From Ranitomeya imitator (Eukaryota), in NCBI RefSeq assembly GCF_032444005.1, contig NC_091282.1, forward strand, positions 447,640,001 through 447,704,000: a stretch of 64,000 nt of DNA. Direction: 5' to 3'. Made by a program: the position numbers and the translations under genes. Below, one piece after another: positions 55,866 through 64,000 of the stretch; position 1 is the first letter of the stretch, and every line of letters starts with the position of its first letter. The notes below the pieces were generated by a model, which worked only from the letters and a program-made list of their open reading frames with translations, made no database searches and was not told where the DNA came from.

Positions 55866-58125
55866 AAAGACGGCATGAGTTCCCATGTATTTTTATAACC
55901 AGCAAGACAAAACTGACAGTTGGGGGCTGCAACCCTCAGCTGTCAGCTTCAGCAATGCTGGTTATCAAGAATAGAGGTGTCCCCACGCTGTATTTTTTTA
56001 AATTATTTAAATAATTTACAAAAAGGTTGGGGTTCCCCCCTATTTTTGACAACCAGCAAAGCTAAAGCAGACATCTGGGGGCTGCTATTCTCATTCTGAT
56101 AAGGGGCCATGGATATCCGGCCCCTAGCCTAAAAATTGCAGCCCGCAGGCACCCATAAAAGTTACGTCTATTAGTTGCACCAATTCTGGGGCTTTGCCCA
56201 GCTATTCCCACTTGCCCTGTAACAGTGGCAAGTGGGGTCATATTTGTGGGGTTAAGATCGCTTTTGTGTTGTCGGATGACATAAAGCCTACGGATTAGTA
56301 ATGGAAAAGAGTCTATAAGACACGTGTATCCATTACTAATCCTATAGTTATATTGTAAATAAACACACAGCCGGAAAAAGTTTTTTAAAGGGAACCTGTC
56401 ACCCCCAATATCGAAGGTGAGCTAAGCTCACCAGCATCAGGGGCTTATCTACAGCATTCTGTAATGCTGTAGATAAGCCCCCAATGTAACCTGAAAGAGG
56501 AGAAAAAGACGTTATATTATACTCACCCAGGGGCGGTCCCGCTGCTGGTCAGGTCGGATGGGCGTCTCCGGTCCGCTGCGGCACCTCCCATCTTCATTAC
56601 AAGACGTCCTCTTCTGATCTTCAGCCACGGCTTCGGCGCAGGCGTACTTTGCTCTGCCCTGTTGAGGGCAGAGGATAGTACTGCAGTGCGCAGGCGCCGG
56701 AAAGGTCAGAGGCCCGGCGCCTGCGCACTGCAGTACTTTGTCTGCCCTCAGCAGGGCAGAGCAAAGTACGCCTGCGCCGGAGCCGTGGCTGAAGATCAGA
56801 AGAGGACGTCATGTAATGAAGATGGGAGGCGCCGCAGCGGACCAGAGACGCCCATCCGACCTGACCAGCAGCGGGACCGCCCCTGGGTGAGTATAATATA
56901 ACGTCTTTTTCTCCTATTTCAGGTTACATCGGGGGCTTATCTACAGCATTACAGAATGCTGCAGATAAGCCCCTGATGCCGGTGGGCTTACCTCACCCGC
57001 GATTTTCGGGGTGACAGGTTCCCTTTAATTGAAAGAATGACACAGACTCCTTTAATGATTCTAAATTAAACCATACTTATGTCAACACCCATTCCATTGA
57101 ATGCCTCTTCTCCTGTAATAAAACAAAAATATAAAACAACCATATCCCTCACTTGTCCTTCTTGCTGTCCCATGCCGTAATCAAAGTCTGAGGGATAAAC
57201 AGTTTTCAACTTGGACGGAGCCAAGATGCAAGGGTCCAGGCTGAGAACCACTGATGGATGAGCTGTTGCGAGTGGGAGAATTTCAATGCTGTCAACTCGC
57301 CTCTGCACCATGAGACTTTCTCACAGTGCTAGCAGGGACCTCACAGAGGTCACCGCAGTTCAGCTCGACTGGGAACGCCGCATCAGTGACCAGCAGTAAC
57401 CTTGATGACGTCACTGATGCTGCGCTCTCAGCAGGTCATTCACCAGTGTTTCTCAGCTTGGATGGTTGCATCTTGGCACTGTCTAGGTTGAAAACTGATT
57501 ATCCCCCCAGATATGGATTATGGAGTGAGACAGATCAACGGGCAGTTGAGGGATATTGTTGTTTTTTTATTTTTGTTTTATTACAGGAGACCAGGGATTC
57601 ATGAAATAGGCATTATGTGAGTATAACTGTGTTTTATTTTTAAATAAAAATGGAAAAGTGTGTTTTGTTTATTTCGAATAAACAACTTTATTCTGGCTGT
57701 GTCTTTATTTACCATGCAACTATAGGATTAGTAATGGATAGGTGTCTTATAGCTGCCTCTCCATTACTAACTGTGGGCTTCATGTCACAATACAAAGGTG
57801 ACATCAATCTCAAAAATATGAACCCCTCTTGCCAACGCTACAGAGCAAGTGCGAAGAGCCGGGCAAAGTGTCAGATTTTCTGGGCAGCTGCAGGCTGATA
57901 TTTTTAAGCTGGGGGTCCAATATACATGGTCCCTTACCAGCCTAAGAATACCATCCACAGCGGTCTGGTTTAGCTTGGCTGGTTGTCAAGAATAGGGGGA
58001 CCCCACACTGTTTTTTTTTATTTATTTAAATAATTTAAAAAAACGGCGTGGGGTCCCCCTATTCTTGATAACCAGCATTGCTGAAGATGACTGCTGAGGG
58101 TTGCAGCCCCCAGCTGTGAGTTGAC
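55866..58125. mobile_element. Long degenerate palindromic non-autonomous element hosting a T2 MITE
   Basis: Left arm motifs (ggattagtaatgga, gtaaataaacacacagcc, ttttcaacttggacggagccaagatgc) are mirrored on the right (ggctgtgtctttatttac, gcatcttggcactgtctaggttgaaaa); ends approximate. Confidence 0.6.
56389..57024. mobile_element. Kolobok/T2 MITE, near-perfect 636-bp palindrome
   Basis: TTAA|agggaacctgtcacc...ggtgacaggttccct|TTAA; hairpin apex near 56700-56713. Confidence 0.92.
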
Positions 58126-58129
58126 CAGA

Positions 58130-58445
58130 GCACTTCCACATGTTTGCTGTGTCCCTTTTTCATGGCTTTTTGCAAACTGCAAACAGATTTCTTATGGCTT
58201 GCTTTGAAAATTGGCTTTCTTCTTGCCACTTTGACATAAAGGACAGATTTGTGGAGTATACGACTAATAGTTGTCCCGTGCACAGATTTTCCCATCTGAA
58301 CTCTGGATCTCTTCAGCTCCTCCATGGGCCTCTTGGCTGCTTTTTCTGATTAGTGATCGTCTTGATTGGTATGTCAGTTTAGGTGGAAGGCCATGTCCGG
58401 GTAAGTTTGCAGTCGTGCCATACTCTTTCCATTTTTGGATGATGG
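58130..58445 (-). mobile_element. Tc1 transposase fragment
   Basis: VHGTTISRILHKSVLYVKVARRKP resembles Tc1 VHxSTIxRxLHxxGLYGRVARRKP; boundaries approximate. Confidence 0.7.
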
Positions 58446-58479
58446 ATGGAGAGGTGCCCCGTGAGATGGTACATGAGTG

Positions 58480-59202
58480 GGGAGAACTGGAACATCATAT
58501 ATGGGCCCAATTATACACTGGAACATCATATATGAGCCCATTATATTTGGAGCATTATATGAGCCTCATCGTGGAGCATCACGTGGAGCTCATTATATAT
58601 GGGGACCATTATATATGGAACATTATATGGGGCTCATTATATATGGAGCAATATATGGGGCCCATTAAATGCAGGAGCATTATATGGAGCTCATCATATA
58701 CTGCATGTAACATTATATGGGACCCATTATGTATGGAGCGATATATGAGGCTCATTATTTTTTTTGGATCATTATTTGGGACCCTTTATACAGTATGGAG
58801 CAATATATTGGGTCCATTATTCTGTATGGAGCCATAGATGGTGCCAATAATACTATATGCAGCAATATGTGGCTCATTGTACTGTATAGAGCATTATATG
58901 GGCTCATTATACAGTAATTGAGCATTATATTTGGCTCATTATACTGTTTGAAGCATTATATGAGGCTCATTATTCTATATTGAGCAATATATGATGCCCA
59001 TAATGCTGTATGGAGCGAAATATGTAGCTCATTATACTGTATGGAACATTATATGGGCTAATTATACTATATGGTGCATTATATGTGGCTCATTGTACTG
59101 TATGGAACATTATATGGAGCTCATACTATATGGAGCATTATATGTAGCTCAATATACTGTATGGAGCATTATATGGGCTCATTATTCTGTATGGAGCACT
59201 AT
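58480..59202. repeat. Degenerate about 30-bp minisatellite, continuing at about 62195-62280 after the CR1; possibly inside a hAT-like element ending at 62452
   Basis: Repeats of ggagcattatatgggctcattatactgtat; terminal cctggagtcgaccctg at about 62437-62452 resembles a CAGGG-type hAT TIR. Confidence 0.75.
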
Positions 59203-62190
59203 GTAACATAGTTAGTAAGTAACATAGTAACATAGTTAGTAAGGCCGAAAAAAGACATTTGTCCATCCAGTTCAGCCTATATTCCATCATAATAAATCCC
59301 CAGATCTACGTCCTTCTATAGAACCTAATAATTGTATGATACAATATTGTTCTGCTCCAGGAAGACATCCAGACCTCTCTTGAACCCCTCGACTGAGTTC
59401 GCCATCACCACCTCCTCAGGCAAGCAATTCCAGATTCTCACTGCTCTAACAGTAAAGAATCCTCTTCTATGTTGGTGGAAAAACCTTCTCTCCTCCAGAC
59501 GCAAAGAATGCCCCCTTGTGCCCGTCACCTTCCTTGGTATAAACAGATCCTCAGCGAGATATTTGTATTGTCCCCTTATATACTTATACATGGTTATTAG
59601 ATCGCCCCTCAGTCGTCTTTTTTCTAGACTAAATAATCCTAATTTCGCTAATCTATCTGGGTATTGTAGATCTCCCATCCCCTTTATTAATTTTGTTGCC
59701 CTCCTTTGTACTCTCTAGTTCCATTATATCCTTCCTGAGCATCGGTGCCCAAAACTGGACACAGTACTCCATGTGCGGTCTAACTAGGGATTTGTACAGA
59801 GGCAGTATAATGCTCTCATCATGTGTATCCAGACCTCTTTTAATGCACCCCATGATCCTGTTTGCCTTGGCAGCTGCTGCCTGGCACTGGCTGCTCCAGG
59901 TAAGTTTATCATTAACTAGGATCCCCAAGTCCTTCTCCCTGTCAGATTTACCCAGTGGTTTCCCGTTCAGTGTGTAATGGTGATATTGATTCCTTCTTCC
60001 CATGTGTATAGCCTTGCATTTATCATTGTTAAACCTCATCTGCCATCTTTCAGCCCAAGTTTCCAACTTATCCAGATCCATCTGTAGCAGAATACTATCT
60101 TCTCTTGTATTAATTGCTTTACATAGTTTTTTATCATCTGCAAATATCGATATTTTACTGTGTAAACCTTCTACCAAATCATTAATGAATATGTTGAAGA
60201 GAATAGGTCCCAATACCGACCCCTGCGGTACCCCACTGGTCACAGCGACCCAGTTAGAGACTATACCATTTATAACCACCCTCTGCTTTCTATCACTGAG
60301 CCAGTTACTAACCCATTTACACACATTTTCCCCCAGACCAAGCATTCTCATTTTGTGTACCAACCTTTTGTGTGGCACGGTATCAAATGCTTTGGAAAAA
60401 TCGAGATATACCACGTCCAATGACTCACCGTGGTCCAGCCTATAGCTTACCTCTTCATAAAAACTGATTAGATTGGTTTGACAGGAGCGATTTCTCATAA
60501 ACCCATGCTGATATGGAGTTAAACAGTTATTCTCATTGAGATAATCCAGAATAACATCCCTCAGAAACCCTTCAAATATTTTACCAACAATAGAGGTTAG
60601 ACTTACTGGCCTATAATTTCCAGGTTCACTTTTAGAGCCCTTTTTGAATATTGGCACCACATTTGCTATGTGCCAGTCCTGCGGAACAGACCCCGTCGCT
60701 ATAGAGTCCCTAAAAATAAGAAATAATGGTTTATCTATTACATTACTTAGTTCTCTTAGTACTCGTGGGTGTATGCCATCCGGACCCGGAGATTTATCTA
60801 TTTTAATCTTATTTAGCCGGTTTCGCACCTCTTCTTGGGTTAGATTGGTGACCCTTAATATAGGGTTTTCATTGTTTCTTGGGATTTCACCTAGCATTTC
60901 ATTTTCCACCGTGAATACCGTGGAGAAGAAGGTGTTTAATATGTTAGCTTTTTCTTCATCTACAACCATTCTTTCCTCACAATTTTTTAAGGGGCCTACA
61001 TTTTCAGTTTTTATTCTTTTACTATTGATATAGTTGAAGAACAGTTTGGGATTAGTTTTACTCTCCTTAGCAATGTGCTTCTCTGTTTCCTTTTTGGCAG
61101 CTTTAATTAGTTTTTTAGATAAAGTATTTTTCTCCCTATAGTTTTTTAGAGCTTCAATGGTGCCATCCTGCTTTAGTAGTGCAAATGCTTTCTTTTTACT
61201 GTTAATTGCGTGTCTTACTTCTTTTTTTAGCCACATTGGGTTTTTCCTATTTCTAGTCCTTTTATTCCCACAAGGTATAAACCGCTTACAGTGCCTATTT
61301 AGGATGTTCTTAAACATTTTCCATTTATTATCTGTATTCTTATTTCTGAGGTTATTGTCCCAGTCTACCAGATTAAGGGCATCTCTAAGCTGGTCAAACT
61401 TTGCCTTCCTAAAGTTCAGTGTTTTTGTGACTCCCTGACAAGTCCCCCTAGTGAAAGACAGGTGAAACTGTACAATATTGTGGTCGCTATTTCCTAGATG
61501 CCCGACCACCTGCAGATTTGTTAGTGTCAGGTCTATTAGATAGTATTAGGTCAAAAAGTGCTGCTCCTCTGGTTGGATTCTGCACCAATTGTGAAAGATA
61601 ATTTTTCTTGGTTATTAGCAGAAACCTGTTGCCTTTATGGGTTTCACAGGTTTCTGTTTCCCAGTTAATATCCGGGTAGTTAAAGTCCCCCATAACCAGG
61701 ACCTCATTATGGGTTGCAGCTTCATCTATCTGCTTTAGAAGTAGACTTTCCATGATTTCTGTTATATTTGGGGGTTTGTAACAGACCCCAATGAGAATTT
61801 TGTTACCATTTTTCCCTCCATGAATTTCGACCCATATGGACTCGACATCCTCATTCCCTTCGCTAATATCCTCCCTTAAAGTGGACTTTAAACAAGACTT
61901 TACATAGAGACAAACCCCTCCTCCTCTCCGATTTTTACGATCCTTTCTAAACAGACTGTAACCCTGTAAGTTAACTGCCCAGTCATAGCTTTCATCTAAC
62001 CATGTCTCGGTTATTCCCACTATGTCAAAGTTACCTTTAGATATTTCTGCTTCTAGTTCTTCCATCTTGTTTCTCAGGTTTCTGGCGTTTGCGAGCATGC
62101 AGTTTAGAGGATTTTGTTTTGTTCCAATCTCCTCGCTGTGGATTGTTTTAGAAATGTTCTTACCTCCCTTCTGAGTATGTTTTCCTGGGT
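59203..62190 (-). mobile_element. CR1 LINE (copy B) with nearly complete ORF2 (APE endonuclease + RT), two frameshifts
   Basis: NARNL, GITETW, GGGVCLYV, GDFNYP, GNSDHN endonuclease motifs plus RT motifs; frameshifts near 61520 and 59712 (AG loss in a GAGAGA run); (CTATGTTA)n tail partly duplicated. Confidence 0.95.
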
Positions 62191-62556
62191 GTTGCCCATA
62201 ATACTGTATGGAGCAATATATGGGGCTCATTCTGTATGAAGCACTATGTGGTCCCCATAATACTGTATGGAGGACTATACCGACCTATTGTAGCATTTAC
62301 AATAGATATCACTCATGTAATGTAAAAAGTGAAATCGTTGGCATTGTACGATACCTATATTTCTCTGCCGTATCATGAATTTTAGATATGTTTTAAAGGG
62401 GTCCACTGAGACTCCTTCGCCCGGGGCCCACAAAAACCTGGAGTCGACCCTGGCGCTAAGCACCTTATAAGAATGTCTAAATAGTCCAATTTTACTTTTG
62501 CTGCTCACAGACTCCTTTTTTTTTTAAAATGTTAATGCAAAACATGTTTTGCTTAA

Positions 62557-62757
<201 letters not shown>

Positions 62758-62942
62758 TAGGTTGAATGAAAGACCATGTTTTTTGCAACTCATAATTATG
62801 GCCACAACATCAGGATACTGTATGGGTATCCCCAAAAAGTGTAAGTCTCATATTCAGTGACATAAGTGAGCCCTTGCTGTATTTGAAATCAAAAAGTTAT
62901 TTATATATTCTAGCTTTTTTCTTGGACTAATAATTGTATATA

Positions 62943-64000
62943 CCGTATTTTATGGACAATAATATACACTTTTTTCCTTCAAAAATCCAGAGAAAAATGG
63001 GGGTTGTCTTATAGTCCGACTGTACTTGCTGAGGCTGTGAATGGGGAGGTGGGTGAGCAGCAGCGGGTCACAGGAGGCAGGAGGCAGGAGCCAGCTGCTG
63101 TGGCTAACCCCTGTGGCCACTACTAAAGATAAATGAATATTCACTACTTTCTGTGCCCATAGTCCTTCCCAACTCTATACATTGAAGCCAGCGATGAGAG
63201 GTGGGAGGGACTAAGGGCGTGGAGAGCAGTGAATAGTCATTTCTCTTTAGTAGTGGGCACACTCTTAGTCACAGCCGCCAGCTTCCTGCAGCAACTTGGG
63301 TGATCACGTGTGCCCAATACTAAAGAGAATTAATATTTACTGCTCTCCATTCTCATGGGTGTGTGGAGCGTGAATATTCATCTTTAATAGGCACAGTGTC
63401 AGCCGCATCTGCCGGCTTCCTGCAGCGGCTGGGCGTTCACGTGTACCCTCTACTAAAGAGAATGAATAATCACTGTTCCCCACACCCATGGGAGTGGAGA
63501 GCAGTGAATATTCATTCTGTTTAGTAGCGGGAAGATGAATATTCACTGCTTCACATGCCCATAGTACTAGGTGTTGGGAGCAGATAGTATTCCGACAGCT
63601 GTCCTTGGCTTGTAAGCAGTGCATGATGTCACTGACAATTTCTGTTTACAAGCTTAAATCAGCTGCTGACATCGGAACAGGATGCTGCGACAGAACGCAG
63701 GGAAGGTAAGTAAAATGTTTTTATGATGGGGCCATGCATACCAAGATAGGGATGAGGGGGCCATGCATACCAGGATAAGGATGAGGGGGCCATGCATACC
63801 AGGATAGGGATAAGGGGGCCATGCATACCAGGATAGGGATGAGGAGGCCATGCATACCAGGGGAAGGATGAGGGGGCCATGCATACCAGGATAGGGATTA
63901 TGGGGGCCATGCATACCAGGATAGGGATGAGGGGTCCACGCATACCAGGATAGGGATGATGGGGGCCATGCATACCAGGATAGGGATGATGGGGGTCATG
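62943..64000. mobile_element. Tc2-like non-autonomous element running off the window
   Basis: TA|ccgtattttatggacaataa terminus; internal repeats of gtgaatattcat / tactaaagag. Confidence 0.6.
63725..64000. repeat. 29-bp minisatellite, at least 9 copies
   Basis: Unit gggggccatgcataccaggatagggatga. Confidence 0.92.

Overview
Vertebrate genomic DNA. The TE repertoire suggests an anuran amphibian (inference; the species cannot be determined here). The window lies entirely inside JAK2 on the + strand. Thirteen consecutive coding exons are recoverable with AG/GT boundaries and continuous phase. They total 1845 nt, correspond to human exons 10-22 as I recall them, and cover the SH2-like domain, the JH2 pseudokinase and most of the JH1 kinase. 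The introns are densely nested TE mosaics: two non-autonomous Helitron families (2 copies each), Tc1 elements (one near-intact), piggyBac-like TTAA elements carrying telomere-like arrays, Kolobok/T2, Harbinger, hAT and Tc2-like MITEs, two young CR1 LINEs in inverted orientation, a V-SINE-like element and a solo LTR. Most notable observations: (1) a 1.36-kb TSD-bounded foldback insertion in intron 12 with a minimal hammerhead ribozyme at its apex, Penelope-like, with the core intact on the JAK2 sense strand and mutated on the antisense strand, plus a second foldback of the same architecture and two decayed hammerhead relics; (2) a Helitron-borne CCAAT / TCTCGCGAGA / YY1-ATG / 5'-splice-donor cassette in intron 19 that would splice in frame onto exon 20 and give a pseudokinase-free JH1 product; (3) a Tc1 transposase one homopolymer base away from intact; (4) TTAGGG-like arrays carried inside a dispersed piggyBac-like family. 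All coordinates were counted by hand; those marked approximate may be off by tens of bases.
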